From a virus: DNA of 64,000 bases. The stretch covers positions 1 to 64,000 of IMG/VR virus record IMGVR_UViG_3300018080_000019, one strand, 5' to 3'. The notes under the pieces were generated by a model. That model did not search any database. It saw only the letters and a list, made by a program, of their open reading frames with translations, and was not told the DNA's origin. The position numbers were made by a program, and so were the translations under genes. Positions 16,669 through 24,440 of the stretch are shown in pieces (the stretch's first letter is position 1; each line of letters opens with the position of its first letter).

Positions 16669-18498
16669 CTAAGCCACCCAGATCAAGCTTTCGATCGCTC
16701 GAGTCACGGCAACGTATTTGAGATGATACTCCTGCCCTTTCGACCAGTGGCTTTTCGCCATTGGATGGGGGAGTGGTGCATCTTTGAGGATTATGAAGAC
16801 CCTTTCGGATTCCAACCCCTTTGCCTTGTGGATGCTGCTGAAGAGGATGCCCTTTGGGGTGAGTAGCTTTGGACCACGGGGTTTTCCACCAGGGCCTAAC
16901 TCGGTCTTACAAGATTTCTTGGGGCAACGGTCCAGTTCCTCTGAGAAGTGGTTCTGGCACTTAGGACACACCTTGCCGGAGAAGATGAGGTTGATATTTT
17001 CTACCACATCCTCGACCGTTTTGGCTCCTTCCGTAAAGGCAATGACACAAGCCCTACGGTCGTCGAGTGTGACTAGTCGCGTTTCGCTAGGTGGCTTCTT
17101 ACGCAACTCCCTGGAGACTTCGTCACCGTGCCACTCCTCGACCCTGTCGATCAGCTTTTCGACGGTAGGAGCCTTCAACTTTTTCTGGATAAAGTTGATT
17201 AGGTTCTTACCAAAGTCTCTTCCGCGGATGATAGCCCTACGACCGTCCTGGAGAAACCGTAGGGCCTGTGAGACAAGTGGGGCGTTCACGCGGCACAGGA
17301 CCATATCCCCGTCTTGGACCAGGGTGGGATACTTTTCCACGGTGGAGAAGTTTTCGCTGCCTTTCAAGTTGTCCTTGTGGGCAGTGAATGGGACATAGGG
17401 TGTTCCGTGGTGAGCAGCGATTGTCCTGAGAATCTTGTTAGCTACCTTGACTACAGCGTGACTACACCGTCGAGTTTCTGTGAGTCTCAGGGACTCGATG
17501 GGAGTGTTTGGATCAGGTGAAAGCAGTAGCTTCATGCGTGGAATGCTGTCTACGTCTGCTCCAGCAAAACCATAGATAGCCTGATTGACATCCCCTACCA
17601 GAACGATCCTGCGTCCCAGCAACCTACTGAACTCCTGCTTGCACCGTGGCAAGTCTTGGCCTTCGTCGATCAGTAGCAAGTCGACTTTCGGGACGGGTAG
17701 ATTCAGGACAACCGGGAGCCAGTTCTGGTCGTTGAAATCGAAAGCCCCCTGGTAGTCTGGAGACAAGCACCGTTCCAACACTCGTGGCACGAGATCGAAT
17801 ACCCTCTTCCGTCTGATATCCAATTCCACTCCATAGTGTCGAACCAACTGCCCGAGAACATCTGGGGTAACAGCTTCAACGTTGAAACCATCCTCTTCGG
17901 TCCAGCCGGTCAGGGTCAGCTTGCACAGATCCACAAGACTGGTCACTGCCTTGAGAAAGACCGTGGAGTTGCGTCGCAAGTCCCACAAGTCACGGCCAGT
18001 AACAGAGGCTATTACCTTTTGGACGTTGTCACGGTCCAGCCTCAGGTAGTTGAAGGAACCCATGACTGCTCGATGCCCCAAACCATTCACCGTGGAAAAG
18101 TTTAGGGTAATGCCTTCCCCAGACAGGATCTCTGCCAGCCAGCCCCAATCCTCTTGAAACTCTTCAACGATGCTACGGTTGAAGGCCGAGTATTGGATGG
18201 TCTCCACTTTGCCTACACTTTCGGCAAAAGCAGACCAGACCTTTTCCTGTTCGGCGGAGGGGGTGATGCGGAACGTCTTGGGGTTCTTCTTTTTCTGGAT
18301 AGCGATCCTGCGTTGGATCTCTTCCCAACGGTGGTTCGCAAAGGCCCATCCAACCCCCACGATTTCCGTGAAGGTTTTGCCTGTCCCTGCGAAGGCTTCT
18401 ACAACCAGATGGTTAGAAGCTACGGTTGACTGTTTGGCAATGTCAGCCACAAAGGAACTCTTCTTTTTGATTTTCTTTTTCTTGGTTCGTGTCTTCAC
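16669..18498 (-). CDS. SF1 (UvrD/PcrA-like) DNA helicase
   Basis: Walker A AFAGTGKTFT, LLLIDEGQDL, VLVGDVNQAIYGFAGAD, ETRRCS, SSIHKAKGLESERVFI and YVAVTRAIESL. Carries a CxxC..CxxxxC insertion. Confidence 0.85.
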   Translation of the reverse strand: MKTRTKKKKIKKKSSFVADIAKQSTVASNHLVVEAFAGTGKTFTEIVGVGWAFANHRWEEIQRRIAIQKKKNPKTFRITPSAEQEKVWSAFAESVGKVETIQYSAFNRSIVEEFQEDWGWLAEILSGEGITLNFSTVNGLGHRAVMGSFNYLRLDRDNVQKVIASVTGRDLWDLRRNSTVFLKAVTSLVDLCKLTLTGWTEEDGFNVEAVTPDVLGQLVRHYGVELDIRRKRVFDLVPRVLERCLSPDYQGAFDFNDQNWLPVVLNLPVPKVDLLLIDEGQDLPRCKQEFSRLLGRRIVLVGDVNQAIYGFAGADVDSIPRMKLLLSPDPNTPIESLRLTETRRCSHAVVKVANKILRTIAAHHGTPYVPFTAHKDNLKGSENFSTVEKYPTLVQDGDMVLCRVNAPLVSQALRFLQDGRRAIIRGRDFGKNLINFIQKKLKAPTVEKLIDRVEEWHGDEVSRELRKKPPSETRLVTLDDRRACVIAFTEGAKTVEDVVENINLIFSGKVCPKCQNHFSEELDRCPKKSCKTELGPGGKPRGPKLLTPKGILFSSIHKAKGLESERVFIILKDAPLPHPMAKSHWSKGQEYHLKYVAVTRAIESLIWVA

Positions 18499-18574
18499 GT
18501 GATTGCTCCATACTAGAGGTGAAGTGTAGTAAAGCCCCCACGATCTTGGACCGTGGGGGATTGGTGGGAATTCA

Positions 18575-18820
18575 CTAGTGGTTGGACGGTTCCCTGTCCA
18601 AGCGATCTACAATGTACTGAAGCCCCTTGACTACCCAAGTCAAGACGGTAAGGCAGAGTCCAACCCCTTCTGCGCATCTGGTGAAGAGTGCGAGACGGTA
18701 AGTCCCTCTGACCAGATTGGGGTAGTCTCCGCCTCCCACGAGGGTGCTTGCGGTATGGATCAGACTGTGTGCTTGCTTGAAGCGATCGATAGCCAGTTCC
18801 AGTCGTTCTTTGTCCGTCAT
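18575..18820 (-). CDS. hypothetical protein
   Basis: ATG with AAGGAG upstream, preceded by the conserved 16-mer TTTTGACACCCTACAC. Preferred over the overlapping ORF 18513..18848. Confidence 0.5.
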   Translation of the reverse strand: MTDKERLELAIDRFKQAHSLIHTASTLVGGGDYPNLVRGTYRLALFTRCAEGVGLCLTVLTWVVKGLQYIVDRLDREPSNH

Positions 18821-18870
18821 GGTAAATCTCCTTTGTGTAGGGTGTCAAAAGGTAGTGTCGAAAACGTTGA

Positions 18871-19290
18871 TTATCCCCAGAGGGAAATGAGTTTGTCTTG
18901 CCAATCTCTTAGGATAGACCAGACACGGTGGTATGCATCCATGCGATCGTCCACGGAGGTTGCAGGGAGTTCTCCACCTAGAACCCCTTGCTTGTCCACC
19001 CGTTCAACTTCTGCCTTGAAGTTTGGGTAATTAAGGTCGGTAACATACTTCTTCAAGTATGCTTGGAGAAGCTTTCGAGGAACACGGGCTCGAAAAAGGT
19101 AATCCCTACCGTAAGTCATTTCGTAGTTGATGACTTTTCCATCGTTGAACTCCTCCAGGTGGCATAGCAGCCGATGGAGGTCTTCCTCCTTCCTGGCACG
19201 AACTACCAGGACTCGAGTCTTGGCCCCTTTCACACTGTTGGGACTGACTATACTAAAGAAACCGTCGGTTGTGAATATCCACATAGGCAC
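18871..19290 (-). CDS. hypothetical protein
   Basis: Track ORF with a GTG start; an alternative ATG lies at 19284. AAAGGA upstream. Confidence 0.5.
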   Translation of the reverse strand: MPMWIFTTDGFFSIVSPNSVKGAKTRVLVVRARKEEDLHRLLCHLEEFNDGKVINYEMTYGRDYLFRARVPRKLLQAYLKKYVTDLNYPNFKAEVERVDKQGVLGGELPATSVDDRMDAYHRVWSILRDWQDKLISLWG

Positions 19291-19308
19291 TTTCCTTTCA
19301 GTTAGGAT

Positions 19309-19767
19309 TTAGGATTGGTCCGGCTGTTCGCCGGTTTCAAAGTCGTTGAGCTCCCGCACTTCGCCGAACGGGTTCTTGTAACCCGCAAGATACACGATGG
19401 TCCGGCTCCCATCGGGCAGGTCTACCGCCCAAACACCTTCCACGGCTGAGTCTGGAACCACCGTAGCATCTTCCAGGTCCAGGCTGGAATCGGTTTTGAG
19501 GTACTCCAAGACCCCTTCCTTTGTGTCGGGGTAAACACCATTCGGAAACTCCGGATCGTACCATTCCCCAGCGTTCGACTGGTCAATGTAGAAGCAGTCA
19601 CGTAGACCGTGCTTGACTGGGAGACGAAACTCGTTGGGGCGAGTCTTCCACGTTTTGCACTTACCGTTGACACGGCACCGGACAGGGGTGTTATCCGCGT
19701 TCTTGAGAGAAACGTGGTGAAACTCTTGACGGTAGTAGGAATGAACCACTTGATGTTTAGTAATCAC
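19309..19767 (-). CDS. hypothetical protein
   Basis: GTG at 19767 with GGGAGG 8 nt upstream and a GTGA overlap with the upstream stop. The track start 19842 lies inside the previous gene. Confidence 0.5.
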   Translation of the reverse strand: MITKHQVVHSYYRQEFHHVSLKNADNTPVRCRVNGKCKTWKTRPNEFRLPVKHGLRDCFYIDQSNAGEWYDPEFPNGVYPDTKEGVLEYLKTDSSLDLEDATVVPDSAVEGVWAVDLPDGSRTIVYLAGYKNPFGEVRELNDFETGEQPDQS

Positions 19768-20111
19768 AGTCCGTACCTCCCTTCTGGAAAGGCTTCGGCG
19801 AGTACGGCATCCTGGACAGCCGTTGACTGTTCTTCCAACCACTCGATCGCTTGCTTGTCGTCACCGTACATGTCGGGGTAGCCTGAAGCAAATCCACACG
19901 CGGAAACCGACTCTCGAACGTCGACCTCGTTCAGCACAACAGAAGCAGCCGCTTCCATGTCCGGTTCGCTGGTAGGGTAGCCAGCAGCCTCAGCAGCAAA
20001 GCCCGACATCACATCGTAGCCGATTGCTTGCCATGTTTTCTGTAGAGCGGTGATAGCCCTTGCCCGGATGGGTCCAGTGAGTTTTGACCGCCTGGATAAT
20101 TTCGCACACAT
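19764..20111 (-). CDS. hypothetical protein
   Basis: ATG preceded by CAACTACAGGAG. Confidence 0.5.
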   Translation of the reverse strand: MCAKLSRRSKLTGPIRARAITALQKTWQAIGYDVMSGFAAEAAGYPTSEPDMEAAASVVLNEVDVRESVSACGFASGYPDMYGDDKQAIEWLEEQSTAVQDAVLAEAFPEGRYGL

Positions 20112-20224
20112 GATCGTTCTCCTGTAGTTGAGTGTAGATGAAAAAACGCGGGGGAGCCTATATGGTTAGGATTACGAGGCCATCCCCCGCTTACTCTTAG
20201 GTTCCTAACCTACCTTTGATGCGG

Positions 20225-20587
20225 CTAGTTAGCACCTTCTGCGAAGTTGCATCCCTGTCGCATGTAGCCGACATAGTCAGGGTTGTCGAGGGGGTCTTCC
20301 TCTTCCTCGTCTTCGTCCGGGTCTGCAAAGCCTTCTCTCTGTAAGGTTGCGTAGTCCTGGATTTGCTTGGAAACGATTTCGTCCGCGTCGGCCATCAGTT
20401 CCAACGGTTCGTGGACTGGTGGCTTCACGGTTTCCAAGTAAGCCTCGAGGTTCCCCACCAGTTGAGGAATGTAGGCATCCCCGAACTGGAGGTAGTTCGC
20501 CAGAGAGAACAGAAGCTGACGTGTCTCCATGTCGTCCTCGGCCGTGGCTTTCGCAGCGTTGTGAAGGTGTTTGAGAAACTTGTTCAT
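20225..20587 (-). CDS. hypothetical acidic protein
   Basis: Track ORF with an AC-rich leader and an acidic C-terminal region (DPDEDEEEEDPLDNPD). Confidence 0.5.
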   Translation of the reverse strand: MNKFLKHLHNAAKATAEDDMETRQLLFSLANYLQFGDAYIPQLVGNLEAYLETVKPPVHEPLELMADADEIVSKQIQDYATLQREGFADPDEDEEEEDPLDNPDYVGYMRQGCNFAEGAN

Positions 20588-20648
20588 TGTAGGGGTCCTT
20601 TGGTAGTAGTTAGTAGTGAGTAGTTAGTGAGCGATTAGTTGCAGGCCA

Positions 20649-21146
20649 CTAGAATTCGGTCTGACCCCATCCGCGGATACGGAACGGGACCTCTATGACA
20701 GACAGGTATTCTCGCTTATCAAAAGGCGTGTTCTGTTCGCAGGTAGCTTGACTGACCGCCCCAACAGAATCCTCTGCGAGTACATAGCAGGGAGGTCTAC
20801 TATGTGACTTGAAGTAAACTACAAACAGGTGATAGGTTTTGCCGTTCCCTTTCTGCCTGAGTTTACATCCATCAGTGATGATGTACGTGTCGATGTTGTC
20901 ATGTCTTGCCTTCTCCAATCCATCAACATTGAAGCCTTGCTGCACGAGGTACTCCTTGACCATACAGTAAGTTGGACCACAATCAACGTACTTAAAGAAC
21001 ACACGCAATTCTTCCATGGACAGCTTGCCCACTTCGGCATCTCCTGCTGCCCGCCTCGCGCTTTCGTTCTTTTCGGGGTTCGGCCAGTAAGCCTGAGACA
21101 GACGCTTCGAAACTTGGTTAGCCAACCTTTCTTTCGGGGTAGACAT
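20649..21146 (-). CDS. hypothetical protein
   Basis: Internal ATG (MSTPKERL) with ACAGGAG upstream, preceded by the 16-mer TTTTGACACCCTACAC. The track start 21197 has no SD. Confidence 0.5.
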   Translation of the reverse strand: MSTPKERLANQVSKRLSQAYWPNPEKNESARRAAGDAEVGKLSMEELRVFFKYVDCGPTYCMVKEYLVQQGFNVDGLEKARHDNIDTYIITDGCKLRQKGNGKTYHLFVVYFKSHSRPPCYVLAEDSVGAVSQATCEQNTPFDKREYLSVIEVPFRIRGWGQTEF

Positions 21147-21212
21147 AATCGCATCTCCTGTAGTGTAGGGTGTCAAAAAATCTGGTAGAAAATGCACGGC
21201 TACCTATGTAGG

Positions 21213-21262
21213 CAGCCGCAAAACGCAAAACGGTTTGCACCTTATATATAAGGTACAACCGC
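21213..21262 (-). terminator. terminator-like imperfect palindrome with U-rich tail (minus strand)
   Basis: Arms 21231-21244 and 21249-21261 flank the ACCTTATATATAAGGT core. On the minus strand it is followed by UUUUGCGUUUUGCGG. Confidence 0.45.
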
Positions 21263-21265
21263 AAG

Positions 21266-21342
21266 CCCGACCGGCCGGAATCGAACCAGCCCAAACAGAA
21301 ACCCCACGGTATACCGTGGGGCTTGTCTAGCCCACTAGTCGG
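21266..21342 (-). ncRNA. tRNA-like element with a tetraloop in place of the anticodon loop
   Basis: Minus strand has a T arm GCUGG-UUCGAUU-CCGGC (consensus T loop). The acceptor is CCGACUA/CGGUCGG, 6 of 7 pairs. The D arm is GGGC-UAGACAA-GCCC. The would-be anticodon arm is CACGG-UAUA-CCGUG. No encoded CCA. Confidence 0.4.
21291..21321 (-). terminator. hairpin plus U-tract (alternative reading of the same sequence as a terminator)
   Basis: Minus strand reads CCCCACGG-UAUA-CCGUGGGG (8 bp) followed by UUUCUGUUU. Confidence 0.5.
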
Positions 21343-21449
21343 GGTCCTTGCCGTTACTAGAGTGTATAACCTCCCACGGTCTCCGCATAGGTATTAGCTA
21401 TGCTTCTCAGACTGGTGGTCCGCCAGTAACTTCCGGCTACCCTTACAGG

Positions 21450-21626
21450 TCAATTCCTGGCCTTACCCTTGGCCTTGTGTACCGTGGGGCGTCCCCTGTG
21501 ACCCATCACGCTCTCAACGCTCATGGGGTGGGGGCCGAGCAGCCTTACCTTCTGGGGTGCTACCGAACATACCATACTTGATATGGGGTTGCCAATCAGC
21601 GGTATGGTAGGGGTTTTGGGTAGCAT
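21450..21626 (-). CDS. possible 58-aa ORF inside the promoter-terminator unit (or non-coding RNA)
   Basis: AGGAG lies 6 nt upstream of ATG 21626, with stop TGA at 21452-21450. The ORF is below the 60-aa track threshold. The peptide is Pro/Gly-rich and unconvincing. Confidence 0.3.
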   Translation of the reverse strand: MLPKTPTIPLIGNPISSMVCSVAPQKVRLLGPHPMSVESVMGHRGRPTVHKAKGKARN

Positions 21627-21650
21627 TTCTTACTCCTAGCAAGTGCCCCT

Positions 21651-21679
21651 ATTATACGTATTAGTAAGGGGTAAAGCAA
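21651..21679 (-). promoter_or_regulatory. sigma70-type promoter firing leftward
   Basis: Minus strand reads TTGCTT (21679-21674), a 17-nt spacer, then TATAAT (21656-21651), then AGGGGCA. Confidence 0.6.
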
Positions 21680-21815
21680 CCCCAAAACAGCAATTTTCCC
21701 TAAGTGGTGTCTGTGCAAGGGGTTACGACAATAAAAAGGGGGCAGGGGGCGAGTTACGGCATAGGTGCAACCCCCTGCCCCTGGCTAACCTACACTCTGA
21801 CTAGCCAACAGTACA

Positions 21816-23432
21816 CTAGGCAGCTTCGGCACTTGGGTCTTCCAGGGTAAGGTTCCCCGTGGGCTCTTCAAATACCCCCTCGCTGCACTTTACCATCACC
21901 AGTGGACCAACAGCGGATTCCCACGGGTCAGTTGTCACCGTGGCAAAGTAAGGTTCACTACCCCCGCTGGGATCACTGACCCAGCAAGTGTCTCCAGGCC
22001 CCCACTCGTCACCCTGCATAGAACCTACTTGCTTACGGTATTGTGACTTGCGGGACGCCTTCTTTTTACGGAGGGCTTCCTTACGTTCTTCGATCTCCTC
22101 GAGGGTAGGGTCATCTTCGTCAATGTCTTCCTCATCCTGATCAAACAGGTCAATACCTCCTACCGTGGGGTAGTCTAGTAGCTTCTTGTGACCATATTCG
22201 TCAGTAACGTACTCCAATGACAGGTCCTTGCTTGCCACGGGCAGTTCAGAAGCGTAGGGAAGCCACGCTCGAACAAGAATAGCTAGCTTGACAGCCCTAG
22301 GAATGTTCCCTGCTTCAGGATCGTTGTAAATGCGTTTGAACACAGACCGGACGGGGGCAAGACTCGGCTTGTCTTGCGTTAGCTCTGTCCAAAAGCTACA
22401 AGCCTTATCCCACAACTCCCAGTCTAAAAACGACTCGTTGGGGCTGATGGCCTCCTGGTAATCACCAGGATCGGTAGCGGCACTACCCATCAGGTAGAAT
22501 AGTCCAGCGGCATAGCCTCCCGTAATGAAGAACTTGACAGGGGTCTTGGCTCCCTGCTCCAACTCATAAATGACCTTACAGCATTCCAAAAGCTTGGGGT
22601 GACGCTCAATAAAGCTTAGACTCTCAGAATGTGTACGTCGGGGGGCATAAGCATCAAGAACTGCCCCCGTTCGTTCCCACAAAAGTCGGACAGCGTTTTC
22701 GCAGTACCGTGACACAGCTTTACGTCCACGCAATGGTATGTCTGCAAACATATCACTACGGCAAATCGCCTCCCAAAGCGAACGGGGCTTGGCGGTGTCC
22801 ATAGTGTTAACGACCTTGTCCTTCTCGCTAACACCGAAAGCTACCAACTTCTCTAATGCTGGCATGTCCAATGTCCAAGAAGGCCACCGTGCTGGATGTT
22901 TCTCTACCTCCTGGCAAGCAAGCACCAAAGCAATCATCTGGTGTTGACCGTTCAGTACTTGCCCCGTATTGCCGATGATGACGGTTTCACCGTTATACTC
23001 CCAGTTACCCCGGAGTATCTCTTGTTTCAGAGTAAGAATAACTCCAGCGTTTAGTGGACGGTTGATGATGTCATTGTTGCAACGGATCTTTTTACCGTGG
23101 GCATCCTTGATTAGGTAGTCCTGGCCAAATTTGATTTTACCAGACTCCTCTTCCCACCCCAAAAGCTTTTTAGCTAGCTCTTGGGTAAACATACCGCAAG
23201 ACTCTTCAGCAGCGTAAAGCTTCGCACTTTTCTTGGGGTAAACCACGGTACGTTCGTCGTCACGCAATGGTGAAATTGCTGCTACTCCTACCTTCTTTTT
23301 CCTACCCTTCTTCGTAGTCTTCTTCTTAGTAGTCTTCTTTGCACTTGTCTTCTTGGTGGTTTTCTTCTTGGTGGTTTTCTTCTTGGCACTTGACTTCTTC
23401 TTCCCTTTGACGGCTCCATTCGACTTTGCCAT
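21816..23432 (-). CDS. ParB N-terminal-domain (ParB/Srx-like) protein with a Lys-rich tail
   Basis: NRPLNAGVILTLKQEILRGNWEYNGETVIIGNTGQVLNGQHQMIALV matches the ParB-like nuclease-domain pattern (NRP...G.W..NGE.I.....G.V.dGQH). The N-terminus holds KKKTTKKKTTKK repeats. Confidence 0.7.
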   Translation of the reverse strand: MAKSNGAVKGKKKSSAKKKTTKKKTTKKTSAKKTTKKKTTKKGRKKKVGVAAISPLRDDERTVVYPKKSAKLYAAEESCGMFTQELAKKLLGWEEESGKIKFGQDYLIKDAHGKKIRCNNDIINRPLNAGVILTLKQEILRGNWEYNGETVIIGNTGQVLNGQHQMIALVLACQEVEKHPARWPSWTLDMPALEKLVAFGVSEKDKVVNTMDTAKPRSLWEAICRSDMFADIPLRGRKAVSRYCENAVRLLWERTGAVLDAYAPRRTHSESLSFIERHPKLLECCKVIYELEQGAKTPVKFFITGGYAAGLFYLMGSAATDPGDYQEAISPNESFLDWELWDKACSFWTELTQDKPSLAPVRSVFKRIYNDPEAGNIPRAVKLAILVRAWLPYASELPVASKDLSLEYVTDEYGHKKLLDYPTVGGIDLFDQDEEDIDEDDPTLEEIEERKEALRKKKASRKSQYRKQVGSMQGDEWGPGDTCWVSDPSGGSEPYFATVTTDPWESAVGPLVMVKCSEGVFEEPTGNLTLEDPSAEAA

Positions 23433-23580
23433 GACTCACTCTCCTGTGAATAAGGTGTAGTTGGAACGTGCCCCTGTATTGTGTGCTTACTTATAACAAC
23501 TAAGGCCAAAAGAAGCAAGGCCAAACCGTTCTACAGTTTAGCCTTGTATTTATACTTACATAGTAAGTTTAGGGGCATAA

Positions 23581-23599
23581 CTTGCCGTGGGCTATTATA
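23581..23599 (+). promoter_or_regulatory. conserved 19-mer CTTGCCGTGGGCTATTATA (copy 1)
   Basis: Identical to 42283-42301. Both copies lie in intergenic DNA upstream of rightward genes. Confidence 0.5.
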
Positions 23600-23688
23600 C
23601 CAGCCCACCAACTACGATGCAAGCGTTTTTTGCTCGGCAATTTTAGGGCGTTTTGCTGGCTGTTTTTACCTTATATATAGTGGTTTAT

Positions 23689-23704
23689 ACTATGTATAAT
23701 GTAT
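23689..23704 (+). promoter_or_regulatory. conserved 16-mer ACTATGTATAATGTAT containing TATAAT (copy 1)
   Basis: Identical to 36939-36954. Lies 34 nt upstream of the ATG at 23738. Confidence 0.5.
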
Positions 23705-23737
23705 GCAGTAATTCGTTGACATAAAAAGAAAGGTTAA

Positions 23738-23938
23738 ATGATGAAAGCCCCACCTCTAATCCGTTATCCTTGGGACAAGTGGTTCCACAAGAAGTCTTTC
23801 AAGCTCGTAAGAGGGGAAGACTACTTCTGCCAACCGCACAGCATGGCCGTCCAAGTACGGGGAGCGGCCAGTAAGCGAGGTCTCTCCGTACACGTCAGCA
23901 TTAACGAAAAAGTGATCACCGTGGTTAGGAGGGATTAA
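23738..23938 (+). CDS. hypothetical small protein
   Basis: First gene of the rightward block, with AAAGG upstream. Confidence 0.45.
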   Translation: MMKAPPLIRYPWDKWFHKKSFKLVRGEDYFCQPHSMAVQVRGAASKRGLSVHVSINEKVITVVRRD

Positions 23939-23939
23939 C

Positions 23940-24440
23940 GTGCCAAAAATCCCAGCTAAAAGGGTCTTTATTGGGGTAGACCCTGGTCAAGCCGGAGGCA
24001 TAGCTGCTCTAGTAAGGGACCGTTCCCCTACTCTATTGCTGATGCCCGACACGCCTAAGGATATTCTTGAAGCGTTATCCTCTCTAATCCCTCTCCGCAA
24101 TCCGTTATCTCTCACAACTAGTATTAGGGCTGCTATTGAAGACGTTCACTCTATGCCTAAACAGGGGGTCGCTAGTTCATTCAAGTTCGGTGTAAATAAG
24201 GGTCTACTAATCATGGCCCTTACCGCTTGCAAAATACCGTTCATCGCGGTGAGTCCTCAGAGATGGCAGCGAGCCCTTTCTATACGCCCCCGTGGTAGGA
24301 AGAACAATGAGTCCAAAAACAGTTTCAAAAAACGGTTACGGCAGAAGGCTCAAGAACTCTACCCACAGGCAAAGATCTCCCTGAAAACAGCTGATGCTCT
24401 ACTCATAGCCCATTACCTCAAATACCACGCGAGATTCTAA
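23940..24440 (+). CDS. RuvC-like Holliday junction resolvase
   Basis: GTG start with AGGAGGG upstream. Motifs are FIGVDPGQAGGIA (first Asp), AIEDV (Glu) and TADALLIAHY (C-terminal Asp). Confidence 0.65.
   Translation: MPKIPAKRVFIGVDPGQAGGIAALVRDRSPTLLLMPDTPKDILEALSSLIPLRNPLSLTTSIRAAIEDVHSMPKQGVASSFKFGVNKGLLIMALTACKIPFIAVSPQRWQRALSIRPRGRKNNESKNSFKKRLRQKAQELYPQAKISLKTADALLIAHYLKYHARF

Noticed and set aside
16784-17398. 204-aa plus-strand ORF inside the helicase gene, and similar ones at 17836-18105 and 18154-18502
   Set aside because: They are antisense to a gene with all the SF1 helicase motifs. Their sequence is Ser/Leu/Arg-rich junk-like and they have no SD.
21348-21581. 77-aa plus-strand ORF in the ORF-poor gap
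   Set aside because: It has a TTG start, no SD, and faces against the flanking transcription. The region is better explained by the minus-strand promoter-terminator unit.
21266-21650. tmRNA hypothesis for the minus-strand RNA ending in a T arm
   Set aside because: The RNA 5' end (AGGGGCACUUGC) cannot pair with the 3' acceptor strand (CGGUCGG). No tag-like reading frame ending in a typical A-rich tag plus UAA was seen. No CCA is encoded.
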